From: Bigelowiella natans CCMP2755
Taxonomy: Eukaryota; Protista; Cercozoa
Reading direction: 5' to 3'
Length of the DNA stretch: 64,000 bases
Assembly: GCA_000320545.1 (NCBI GenBank)
Contig: ADNK01000053.1
Coordinates: forward strand, 1-64,000
Part shown: positions 28,462 to 41,268 of the stretch, in pieces
How the letters are laid out: every line of letters starts with the position of its first letter
How positions within the stretch are numbered: the stretch's first letter is position 1
Notes under the pieces: model-generated
What the model saw: the letters and a program-made list of their open reading frames with translations, nothing else
Database searches by the model: none
Told to the model about the DNA's origin: nothing
Made by a program: the position numbers and the translations under genes

Positions 28462-28502
<41 letters not shown>

Positions 28503-28982
28503 TCTCCATCAATGTGTCTGCGTGGTGGGTGAAAAGTACACGATCAAGTACTTCTACGAGCGGTTGACATCGATTTGAAAGTATTTTAATCGGTAGGGTT
28601 ATCACCGGCAGCTGTGCGTAATCTTCTGGGCAGTGCAGGGGGCGATTTGCACGTCACGCCACTGATGCCCTCGCGCCAAGTGAGGGAAACGGCCGTGTTC
28701 GATACAAGAACGGATCAGAGATTTTTCAACCGAGTACGTGCATGCCCAGTCATGCAAACAATTTGCCACAAAAGTGATTTGCTGTCGCAAGGAGAACGTG
28801 TTGTGCGGTCTTATTCCAGCATGTTGTGATATATGTTGCAGGTTGCCAACGTGCTTTTACAAGATTTCGCCTCGCTCTATCTCTGTGGGGAGGACGGCGG
28901 AAGCGCCGCCATGTACGAGGAAGAGTCTCACTGGAATAATGACGTGAGAAAGGGGCAACTACTTCTTTCAAAGCTTCAGTAG
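22665..28982 (+). CDS. ARMH3: Armadillo-like helical domain protein, ARMH3/C10orf76 (DUF1741)-like, multi-exon
   Basis: Spliced segments follow remembered ARMH3 motifs in order: FYVELF, DFLVLK, LKVIIAIASASINLHQNPLLE, MIHFKRFEAHN, YLSLCSVIMQ, PLICELFSSVMGFF, VLFELTR, LSPAAVRNLL..DQRFFNRVANVL. Long poly-S/D/K insertions interrupt them. The start (MAHRQG at 22665) is inferred. Confidence 0.75.
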
Positions 28983-29176
28983 AACAAAAATTGTATACTT
29001 TTTTTATCGGTTTGGCTGAGATTGACTGTATTTTAAATGACTGAATGAGTTCGTTCGCTTTAACAAGACTTTGTAACTGTTATGAAGAAGTCAATCATCA
29101 ATAATATTGCGGTGAGCTAACGTGCATTGTAGCTACCATGTGTGTGTGTACGTACGCCTTTAGACACACGCATACA

Positions 29177-29207
<31 letters not shown>

Positions 29208-29215
29208 GCGCGGAG

Positions 29216-29309
29216 ACCAACAGATTCAACATTAGCGCTGTAGCCGCCACCTACATGAAGATGACCATTGCCATTGAACAAATTTAAATTGATTTATTAC
29301 TTCCGTCTT
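29216..29309 (+). repeat. Dispersed ~100-bp repeat, copy A
   Basis: The first 33 nt (accaacagattcaacattagcgctgtagccgcc) are identical to the reverse complement of copy B. They also share gatgaccattgccatt and gaacaaatttaaattgatt.attac.tccgtctt. Confidence 0.9.
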
Positions 29310-30024
29310 ACACACACACACACATGCACATCACGCACAGCCACGCGCAGATGTATACACATTACACAATGAACATACAAATGCGGACTGTCTAGGTATA
29401 GCCATTTAATTGCATGCTAGCATGCTCAATATGCTGCTCATATTTGGAGCTAAGCCTATCTAGCTGTGCGAGCTATGCTCAAGAAGTGTCACGCTAGCAC
29501 GGCTAGACGGGTACAACGCAAGTCGCATCGTATCACAATCGCTACATACACAGGCATTACGTACGACGATAAACTGTCAAAACTAAGTGCACATATAGCA
29601 TTGTTGTTTGGAAAATGTATCACATATAGGCTAGTAGGCCCTGCTAGCATCTAGAGGATACCTTGCTGGTACGCACGCTTGCAATGATCTCGATGATGAT
29701 GCGCAATCGAACATGGCTGTAAACATGATTTATTACTGCAGCGATTGCTGTGCGAGCACATACGCACGTTTGCTAGATCCGGCTAGGATATGGGTACGCT
29801 TATGCTGCGTCTGGCGCCAGTATGATTGCGGTTGCGTCGCAGCAGACGTGCCGATATGCACATTTGCACAGACCTGGGGCTTTATTCTGGCTTTGGTACA
29901 CTTGCAATGTTTATTATAAATTTAAGTAAAACAGGGCTCTCGTTCGTTCAAAAATAAAAACGCCCCTGTCTTCCTCTAATTCTATTGTATCTCCTCGCGC
30001 GTATGCACAACGCCAACGCAGCTG

Positions 30025-30119
30025 TTAGTTAAATAATCTATTCTCATGCTTTCTGTGGTTCCTAGACGTTAGACGTTTTAATTTGCGTGCCTCCTGTAAT
30101 CGCGTGGATTATTCACACA

Positions 30120-30163
<44 letters not shown>

Positions 30164-33100
30164 CAAACAAATACAGTCGCCCGCTTTTTAGAATATAACC
30201 CGTCATCAATATATCGCCGTGTGTTAGTGTTTGGCTCATGATCATGGCTACGACCTTCGCTTCTCGCAGCGCCTCTCGAATCAAGGCCTCAACTAAGTAT
30301 TAACACACACACACACACACACAAATGTCACAATCATACATTTCAGGATGCACGCTAGGAGTCACTTTCATATACATCTCCCCACAAAATGAATTTGAGA
30401 CTATATATTAGAGAAGGAAGAGAGACGACTCTTCTTGCCTTCAGTGGTCACAAATTTGCAAAGAAGAAGAGAATGAGGAAGGGAGAACACGACTTACGTA
30501 TTCCATGCCCCCCTCCTTTGCCGGTGCCAACCGCCACATGTTTCTTCGATGATGATGACGATGATGCTGATGATGATACTGACGATGACGTTGGTGATGA
30601 TGGCAACAAACGCGACGGCGGGGACGATGTTGATGAGTGCGATCTGCGCTTATTTGTGCTAGTCATCTTCCTCATCATCATGCTGCGATTGTTAGTTTGA
30701 CGGCCATCTCCGACATGGCATTCTTGGGTAACTGCTGCTACTGCTGCTGCTGCTACTTCTCCATCACTATCTCCCCCCCCCCAGTGTGACGAGGAGGAAG
30801 AAGGCAGTGTCGCCGAGTCCATTGAATGGGGTGGCAGAGAAGCGGTCGTGGTGGATGGTGGAGAGTAGTAGTGGTGGTGATGATCTGTATGGTGGTAATG
30901 ATGATGCTGGCGACGTGATGACGACGGGTACTGAGGAGGAGGAGGAGGAGGGTGAAGATAATCGTGGTGACGATGGCGGGAGGCCTCGGTATCATTGTAT
31001 AGATCTTTGTTCGGTGATGATGATGTGCTTTCACCACGTGGAGCGACGACCAAAGGCAATGGCGTCGTTGAAATCGATAGTGAGGAGGCCGCAGCTGCCC
31101 CCCCTCCCCCAGCTGACAATGAGGACGACGCTGTTGCCGACGATGATGATGAAGATGCAGATGACGGGAGAACCGTGCTGCTGCTACTGCTTGGAAATTC
31201 ACGTCCTCCTCCTCTTCCTCCTCCTTCGACTAGCACTACCTTATCAATCTGGTATGAAGGGAGGGGAGACGAACGAATAATAATAATAATAAGAAGAGTA
31301 TGGAGTTGATGATAACGCTCTACTCTTGTGATCTCGCGAAGAATAACGTTGATGAATGATATAGTTGTTTTTACTGCTGCTGCTGCGTGCGTGTATTATT
31401 CCACACCGTTCGCATTGTGACGATGATAGATGGATGTTGTTTGTGCGTGCATGTGTGTGCATGTGTGTGTATGTGTGTGTCTGTCTATCTCTGTGTGTGT
31501 GTCGTTGTGTATTTATGTGGATGCAATTGTAGTCATCGTTGAACTACCTGCTCAGCCATCTTCTGCACAAGAAACTCGGCTTGCTGTAGGCGCTGCATCA
31601 AATGGTCGCCATGTCTTCTCAGTCGCTCGCATCGTCTTCTCGCCTCCTCTGCAGCCTAGGGGAGACAACGATTATCAGAGGAAGAAAGTGCAACTAACAC
31701 GCACGCACGCACACACATGTGATCGGTGAAACATCCTGCAAATGTGCAAGGAATGGTGTGACAGAATTGAAATAATATTTTCCCTCCTCCCTCTCCTTCT
31801 TTAATCATACTCGTTGCTTGCGCGCTATTCATTAGTACTCAATACTCACCAGAATTGCTAGCTCTTTTCCCTCTCTAAGACTGTCGGTTGGTTGGGGTGT
31901 GAGGAGGAGGAGAAGGAGAAGGAGGTAGGAGATGAAAATGAGATGATGATGATGATAATGATGATGATAGATTTGATGATGATGATGATGATGATGATGG
32001 TGATGATGATAAAATACAGACACTAAAGATGATTATGTTAGTTGTGACGATGATGACACTCACACAACATACGCACACACGCACACACGCACACACGCGA
32101 CTACAGCCCCCCTCCGCCACTACTACCCCCACTTACCTGTGATTTTGCTTGGTAAGAAAGTTGACTTTGTTCTTTAGCACTTCGCTCACCAGGAGGGCCT
32201 CCCGCTTCTGCCCATCTTGCTCTTCCTTCTCCTCCCTCCCCCCCCCTTTACTACATTTCGTCACCAAGGCAGTCGCATCTAATGGGTGGTTGCTAAGCGC
32301 CATATCATTGAGCAGCCCATCCTCCTTCTTTTCTCCCTCTTTCTTTATCCTCCTCTTTGCGAGCATCCTCTGGTTGATCTCCTTCATCTTGTCGGTAGCA
32401 TTCACGGGCTTCTTCTCCTTCTCCTTCCCCTCTTCCTCCCCCCCTCCTCCCTCTTCCTCTTCTCCCCTTTTCTCTCCTTCACCGCCTCGGGTTTCGTCAG
32501 CTTCCGCATCACCACCGTCATAATTATGGTCATCATCGCTGTCATCGCTGAGCCGAGAAGTTGTTGATCTGACGATTGTTTGCGTAACATTGGAGGGAGG
32601 AGGTTCATCCTGCTCTTGCTGCTGCTGATGCTGAAGATCGAGGCTGTTGGCCGATAATGACATTATCTCTTCCTCGGAGATCATCCTGCTACTACCATCG
32701 TCGAGCGCATTAGAGACACTGTGCTGGCCTCCCCCCCCCCTCTCTCGCTGTGACGCTTGCCGCCTCTCCAAGATCATCTTTTCAAGCATTTTTTCTTCTC
32801 TGGCCTCCTGGTAATAAGGTAGTGTTGTAGATGATGATGACGACGACGATGTCCATGGGATTCAGCAGACATTAGCAGGTCCACATCACGATGCAATTGA
32901 GTGTTGTTCAATGAGCGATTTACCCTTAGTTGAGCCTCGAGCTTCTGCACAGTGTCCTCAGTCGTTCGCAAGGCCTTCTCCGAAGCAGCAAGCTCAGCCT
33001 CCACACCGTGCAGCCTACTTTCTGCATCCCGCCTCGCCTTCAGGGTGGTAGTAGTAGGAAGGGGGAGCGAGGCGAGGTGAAAGATGAGAGGAAGGAGGGA

Positions 33101-33290
33101 GGAGGAGGAGGAGGAGGAGGAGGAAAAGGGCTTATCGTGGCACAACCTCTTCTTTCACTTCTTCCGCTCGATTCACGGCCTTTTGCAGCGCTGCACTTGT
33201 GGACTCGAGATTTGCTGTTGCTTCCCTCAATTTTTCTTTGACCTGATCCATCGTCGGCAGCAGATGGTGGCAGCAGCAGTAGTAGTAGTG

Positions 33291-33322
<32 letters not shown>

Positions 33323-33557
33323 CAGTGGTACAGCAGATGTGTTTGTGAGTGTGTGTGTGTGTGTGTGAGTGAGAGAGAGAGAGAGGGAGAGGGAGAGGGA
33401 GAGAGAGAGAGAGGAGAGAGAGAGTGTAGTAGAGGGTCATTTAGTACACCTTCGACACCTCAGCTTCTACCCTTTGCACTGCCCTCTTCTCCTGCGTGTC
33501 GTGTCAGACAAACAACACTCTCATCACAACACACACATCTGTATTGAAAGCATCACC

Positions 33558-33600
<43 letters not shown>

Positions 33601-33646
33601 TGCACCAGAGAGAGAAATGAGTTTCAATTTTTTTTTTCCGCCTCTC

Positions 33647-33692
<46 letters not shown>

Positions 33693-35568
33693 TCTCTCTG
33701 CACCTCCAAAACGCTCTTCTCCGCCTCGTCAGCGCGCTGCCGTTCCTGATCAAAGATTAATGTTTCTCAACGAAATAAACCGTACTTTCTGCCTCCGCAG
33801 CATGTCAAAGGGACGCTAAGCAGGAACACGAAGATGAAGGATGAAAGTAGCGCTTTCAAAATGCGGAGGAAACACCTCGAAGGAGTGTATTTTTTGGGTG
33901 AGAGCAAACCTCCATCAACTTGGATAGCAGCTTCGATTCTTGCAGCTCGGCCTGTGCGAGAGGGGGGGGGAGGGGGGGAGAGGGAGGTAGGCCAAGTGTC
34001 GGTCGGTTGGTAAGTATCTCTTTGTCCACGAAGGCACAAGCAACAACTACAACGACTCCATCAGTGGGATATTGCACGAAAGCAGCTCAAAACTTAGAAA
34101 TTATCATCACCACCACCACCATAATCCTTTTCGGGGAGGGGGAGGGGGAGGGGGAGGGGGAGGGGATTAATCATCACCGTTGCCAGGCGGTTCTCAGCCG
34201 CCCTCCGAGCGTCATTCGCGCTTGCCACCTCCTCTCGTAGTCGATCCTTCAAAGCAGGAACAGCTTCCTTCTCTTCCAAAGATTGGTCTCCTGTGCATCG
34301 TGTGGGTGTATTATGGGTACAATGAACACGAGAGACAACAACAACAACAACAACAACGACGACGCTACTGCCACATGTAAGTAAGACCGGGAGCTGCTTT
34401 CGAGGTAGAGGAGGACGAGAAGGAAAGCGATAGTAACCCTCCTTCAGCTGCCGGCATTGCCTTCTCCAAACTCTTTATCCTTTGTCTCAGCTCTCCCTCT
34501 TTCTCCTCGTGCTCCTTGCACAATTTCTATGACGATGACGACGTGTGAAAAATAGATTGAAATTATACAACAAACAACCGAATCTATTCACACTAACGGT
34601 GCCCCATCCAGGCTACTCTTCGAGGCAAAACTCGAATCTCTTCCAATGACTTTCCTCTACAATATCAACGACCCGCATCATTCATGCTCTTTATCGTTCA
34701 AATCGTCACCTGTACGCACAGCTGCATAGCCGCTTCAGCAGAACGCTTTTCCTCCTCGACGGCGCGATATTTGCCCTGGAGGAGAAAGGGGAGGAGGGGA
34801 GGAGAGTGTGTGGGCGGTGTGCATTGTGGACAAAATGAACGAGAAAGCACGGGAGGTGACACAATCGTTTCCCGGGAACCCGCACAACAAACCTGGTAGT
34901 CGTTCGCACGATTGTTTGCGGCTTCCAGCTGCTCTCTCAGCAGCTGTGCTTCTTCTTCCAGCTGCTGCTGCTGCTGATGATGATGCCGATGCTGCTCAGG
35001 GGTAAGAACGCACGCTTTCGATTTTAATTCCCGGCCTCCCTCGTCGTCCTTCTCCTCTTTGCATTCCTCTGGCTCGATTCTGGATTGTGAGGATGATGTT
35101 GTTGCCTGTGGCGATGATGATGCCCCCTCCTGCTGCCCCTCTTCTCCTTCCCCGCCTTCTTCGTCCCCTTCGCTCCGTGACGGAATAGGAGAGGAAGGGG
35201 GGGAGGAAGTGGAAGAAGGTTGCACAGCGTTTCCTGCATTTAACGACACCACAACTGCTGTTAGAATCTCGCGAGAAAGAAGACTTACTTGCTGAGGCAA
35301 ATTCAACAAAAATGGAGTGAAGGCAACGCGCAGGGTTTTTCTGAGTCTCTCGGCGATGTGCGTTCCAGTTGGAATGGCAAGTTCAAAAGGAGAGGGAGGA
35401 TGAAAGAACCATGATGAAGAAGAAGAAGAAGGAGATGGTGGTGGCGGTGATGATGATTTCAATTAACAACATACGAGGAAACCTTTCATCGTCATCATCA
35501 TCATCTTCTTCTTCTCCGTAGCGGCGATGCCGGTCTCGGCAGCTGTAAGGACCTGTAGGCTCTGTAAA

Positions 35569-35601
<33 letters not shown>

Positions 35602-35700
35602 AGGAATAGTAGCGTGTTCCAATAGGTTATCTCTGAATAATATCACAATGAGTCTCTGAGATCTTTCCCCAATCCCTTTTCTCCCCCCCTCCCCCCCACC

Positions 35701-35742
<42 letters not shown>

Positions 35743-36802
35743 CTCCCCACGTGCGTGTATATTTGCGTGCGCGCTCGCTTGTATTCGTTGCAGCTGTTGT
35801 TTGTTTGGGACGAATTCGTTCCAAACATCATTCATCTCGTGAGACGGCCAAGAGGTGAATCGTTGCACAGAATCCTCTCGGAACCCTTCTTTTTGAATTT
35901 GAAGGGCGTTTTAGAAGACGACGCTGCTGCGTTATGCTTCTGGTACTATTTTACAATGTCATTACCTCCTCAACGAGAAGCAGCTGTTTGCTCTTGTGTG
36001 TCAATTTCTGAGCTAATCGCTCAGCTTCCAAGCGATATTTCTCCACGTCCGACAGCAGCCTGTCGTTTTCTTTCCGATGTTTCTCGTCTAGGTTTGCCTG
36101 CTGCTTCAAGCTCTGCTCTCGATATCTCTCGAGCTCCGCGTGCAGCCTGGCGTTGTCTGTGCGGTGTTTCTCCACCTCCAGGTGCTGCTTGTCGCTCTTC
36201 TGGCCCATCTGTGTGCGTACGTGTGTGTGTGTGTGGCGCGCGCGCGCGCGCCCCATGACAGATGAGATCTTTCCCCTGTCTCTGGTGGTGCGCATACATT
36301 TTTGGTGTAACGGAAACTTGTGTCAAGCTCTTCCATGCTATCTGCTGCTGCTGCTGCTGCTACTGCTACTTCTTCCACGATCATTATCATCATTCATTAT
36401 CGTAATCATCATCATGATCATCATCATGATCATCATCACCTCCTCCATTGCAGTGCGGCCCTCTCTCATCTTCTCGCCAGCCTGTGCCAGCTTCCTCACC
36501 AAATCGTCGTTCTGGCTGCTCAGCTTGCGGTTTTCGGCAATAATCGCTTTAGTCTCGTCCCTCGCACCCTGCAGAGCGCGGCGGTTCACTTCCGAAAGTC
36601 GATCCCGTTCATTCACCGCTGATGCTAAACGCCCTTCCAGCTGGCCTCTCTCTTTCTCGGTGGCAGCGGCTAGGTAGTAGAAAGATAGCAGTGTTTTTTG
36701 GTATTGTTGTATGTCAATCTCTCAGTCGTATAGAGTTGGGAGGGTGGAAGGGCGAGCAGGTCACAGTAGCTTGTAGGAGGTAGGCATTGAGCGACTGATG
36801 AT

Positions 36803-36847
<45 letters not shown>

Positions 36848-37923
36848 GCACAGAAGCATGCACAGGAGCACGCACCGCTCACCCACCACACCTTTTTCTG
36901 CGAGTAGCGAATTCTCAGATCGAAGCTGCTTCGCTTGCTCCCTTAAGGTCCCTGCAGCTTTCTGACAGAAATACGCAATTTCACTCATTAGCAAACGATG
37001 ATTCTCATTATTTATATCGAGAGACTTGATTATCTCTCAAAGTCTGTGGTGAGACCGTCCTCATCATCAAATCAATGCCACGAATGGCCTTCTATTGCAA
37101 CCCTATTCCTGCTCACACACCTCCAAAGCTGCGGCCCTCAACTTGCTCTCCTCGACAAGTTCCTGCGATGAATAATAATGATTATTATATAATGATGATA
37201 GAATGAGGACGATGATGATGATTAGTGATGATTCACAGCCGAAGCGTCGAATCATGATTTTTATTATGTACACCTTTTGCCTCTCGAGCTGGCCTCGGAG
37301 CTCTTCCAGTCGCTTCTCCACGCGCTGTTTGTGCTCTTCTTGCTTCCGACGCCGAGCAAATTCCTCCTCCATTGCCAAGGAGGACGTGCTCTCAGTTGTT
37401 ATTCTCGGTGTTGCTGTTATCGCCGAAGAGCTGTCATCGCTGCGCCTCGTAGCCACAGTAGAGTAGTCCTCGTTGCTCTTGTAGATACCAAGCTGTGACA
37501 GTATCACACACAGTCACGTACGCACGTATGCAGCATGTGTTACTGTTTTAATAATATATGCGGGGAGGGGGAAGGGGGGGTGGGGGGGTGGGGAGAGAGA
37601 GAAAGAGATAGAGCGCAAATTTGTGGTGAATAAGCGTTGAGGTATCATCGTCGTCGGTCAATTTGGGAACAACAGCATCTGGTTGAACGAGAGAAGAAAC
37701 AACAGAATATGCTGTGTATCTTCCCGGACGAGTGGTGTACCTGGTAGCATAGCTCTCTCATTTCGTCAACAAGCCTAGGAGAAGGGGGAGGGGGGGGGGA
37801 GCGGACAGCATAGGTATAGACAAAATTGATCTGCGAAAGCACCTCTGCCAAATGTAAATTATATTGCTTCCGCGATGGGAGAAGCAATCAGATTTTTCCA
37901 TATATGCACGTATAATGATGATA

Positions 37924-37956
<33 letters not shown>

Positions 37957-38399
37957 GTGATGATGGCGACAGTCTCAAGGTAGCGACTGTGAAAGTAGTG
38001 TAGAAAGCAAAGCAACCTGCTTCGGATTGCTTTAGGTGGAGGGGGGTCCTCTATCAGCTCGTTCTAAACAACAGCAATGGGAGACGGCGGGGTGGGGAAT
38101 AACGGGAAGAGAGAATTATGCAATGGCCTGCATGTGCATATGAAAGAGGTGTTCATGACACATACACTGCTGCTACTAATACTATTATTATTACTACTAC
38201 TACTACTACTACTACTGCTACTACTACCGCGAGTAGATTAGCAAGCTTTAGCATTGCGTGTTTGTGCTGCTGTCTGGCAGCTTTCCGCAGCCATTTCTTC
38301 CCCTTGCCTCGGTCAGGCTCGACACCCCACCCAAAAACTAGCGACATTCCTACGAGGAGATGCAACATGAGGAGTACACACAAGAAAAGGCGAAAACAT

Positions 38400-38448
<49 letters not shown>

Positions 38449-38456
38449 TTTCTTTC

Positions 38457-38496
<40 letters not shown>

Positions 38497-38723
38497 GTAT
38501 GCGGGGTGCCTCATCCCTTCGATGGACGTTCGGGTCTTTCTCATCATCATCATATCATCATCATCATCATCTTCTTCTTCTTCTTCTTCTCTCGTTGATG
38601 AACGACCAAGATTGTACTGAGAGGACTTGTCCCCTCTCTGCGCCGCGATTTCCCACAATTTGGCGGCCATCGTGAGATCCTAAGAACATGGTTGTTATGA
38701 TGAGCATATCGAGGGGAAAGCGA

Positions 38724-38773
<50 letters not shown>

Positions 38774-39305
38774 AACTTATACTACGGGATAGAAGAAAAA
38801 GAAAGATTTAAGCACCAGACACTACTGTGTGCTTTGCTTGGTAGTAGTAGAAGCACTATTATCATTGTTATTATTTTTATTATTATTATTATTACAATTA
38901 CCCGTGGCAGGCCCTTCGTTTTCCCCATATGGAGTCTTTCGGCTAGTGTACGTGCAGCGAGCGGATGATGCTGAAGGGAGGGAGGATGGAAAAACAAGTA
39001 ATTTCATGTTAGCATGTGCTGCTATTACGATGCCCTTATGACTGATGCTGATAGTAGGTGCTCAGTGAAGAGTTATGCAGCTGTTAAGAAGGGGGAGGAG
39101 GGGAAACAGAAAAAGAGAAATGTTCCACCCACCCCTTTGAAGGCAGCTTCGGACAAGAGAGAACGGGCCTTCTTCACATCCCCACCGGTAACTAGTAACG
39201 AATGGCCTTCCTGTTTGATGCAGAAGTAGCTTATGTGTTTGTGTGTTTGTGTGTGTTGATGTGAATTAAGTGAGGATGCAATGTATGTGCATTTTTTGAT
39301 ATTCA

Positions 39306-39378
<73 letters not shown>

Positions 39379-40346
39379 ACCCCTCAACCCTGTTCTGCTT
39401 TCATACTCGTGAGGACCTGCCACTTGGCGGCCATTTCGTCCTCCTTCGCTTTCCCTTCCTCTCCAGATGCTGTTAAATTTCTAGACGAGTAGAAGGATTC
39501 CCCCTCCTTCACCTCCCCCGCTTCTGGAACAGAAAGGGGTGGGGTAGGAGGCGGCGGCGAGGCAGCAGTAGCAGCAGCAGCAGCAGCACGAATGTCGTCC
39601 GCAGAACCTGACGTCCTGTTTGACCTTCGACGTGTAGCTGCAGCTTTTGCTCCTCCGATGACGCTGATTCCTCCAGCTGCAAATGATAAGGCTGCTGCTG
39701 CTGTAGCAGCCGGTGTTGTAAAGGCTGAAGATGAAGATGCATTTAAACGTGGAGGTGGAAGAGAGGCGGAACTCGCAGCCATTTTGCTATCGAATGATGC
39801 TGCAAAACGATCGTCGTTTTCATCATTGCGGCGTCCTAATTGGTTCTTGGCTCTGCTGCTGGGGACATTTCGAATGATACGCTGGTCGTTGTTACTCGTT
39901 GCATTAAAATGGGGGCGTGGCGGGCGAAGGTGTGAGCTCTTCTTCCCCTTTTTTGACTGTTTTGCCTCACCTTCTGCAATGTTAGAAGCGATCGATGGTG
40001 TCAACAATTTTCTCTATATTCTCATAGATAAGGTAGAAAGTGAAAATTTCGCGGTCATATATGAAAGTTGTGAATGCACGGGGAAATTACAAGGATGGCC
40101 CGAATGATATTCTCTGTTTCGGATGATTCGTTTCCTACTCAAAAGACCTGATATCCATGTGCCACTTTTGGAGATAGGAATTGGTGTTCTCTGTGGGCTG
40201 GGAGTCGCATCCGAAAAGATGATGATGGAGTCGTTCACACTAGGCTGCATCATCACCTTGCTTACACTTCCCCTCTCAGTATCTTCTGATGATAGTAAGG
40301 ATGCTGCCGGTAGGGGGTGGCGAATGGGGATGATAATAATAATAAT

Positions 40347-40380
<34 letters not shown>

Positions 40381-40981
40381 CGGCGGTGCAGGGTTAGGAA
40401 GGGGGGGGGAAAGGGAACTAGGGATGTTCTCTAAAGATGATACTTCATAGAATGAGTCTCACACCTGGGGTAAATTCCACTGATGCGCTCGATTGCGGTT
40501 CGATGCGGCTGTCTTGAATGCTACAAAACCAAACAAACAATGCCACGTGAATGCTATGTGAATGTTCTGTAAGGTGTACTTTCCCCTAAGTGTTCGCTAT
40601 TCCTCTTGTTACTAATATGTTGCAGCAGGCACCTGGTGTCTACTTGAGCCGTAACAGCGTCGTCACTTTCATCATCCGAGAGGAAATCCAAGAGAGATTG
40701 CTTTTCTCCACCCTGCTCACCCCCCTCATCTTGGCGTTTAAGTTTGCCGTCGACAGTCGGGCTAGGGCTGGGGGTGGTATCTGTCTCCCTCTTCGTCGTC
40801 GTCATCATCATGGTCCTCACCACCACCAGATAATCATCGTCCTCCAGCTGTTCGTGGTGTTGAATGCAAACAGGCAGCGGGAAATAACCTGAATTGGCGC
40901 CAAAGTCTTTTTGCACGATGGCCCGAACAAGGATAACGCCATCCATTTTCCCATTACGACAACAAATTTATCCTGATTCAT
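30025..40981 (-). CDS. Large Sel1-like-repeat plus extended coiled-coil protein, multi-exon
   Basis: Sel1-like repeats: DVKKARSLLSEAAFKGHHPLAARTLAERLHMG, DLTMAAKLWEIAAQRGDKSSQYNLGMSLVFGWGVEPDRGKGKKWLRKAARQQHKHAMLKLA. These splice in phase to E/K/R/Q-rich heptad exons at ~37500-31550, then a Ser/His-rich tail ending EARKLKRLTSRNHRKHENRLFN*. The start is uncertain. Confidence 0.7.
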
Positions 40982-41268
40982 CCCATAAATCCGCGATAGA
41001 CAGACTTGGCTGGGTTTGGTCTGGTAATGTAATTTATTGTAATGTCGCAAAGTCTGAACCCGCTGCGCACAGGCATTTTTTGCAATTGAAAGTACTTACA
41101 GTTCGCTGTTGCTTGTCGCATCTGTCCAGCGGACGTACATGCGTCAACCGAATTGTATTGGCTGAAGTTACGTTGTCGTAGGGAAGAAATTCCAGTTAGT
41201 TTGTCATCGTCAACCCGACTTTTCTACTGGTAAGATCTTAAGTTTGGTGCAGATCGGAGGAGATCGGG

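Noticed and set aside
29175-29212. (CA)n(CG)n tracts as functional Z-DNA elements (also ~10190-10217, ~36220-36250, ~36807-36850)
   Set aside because: They have Z-forming potential but no consistent position relative to genes. Their main value is to show that CpG is not being eroded.
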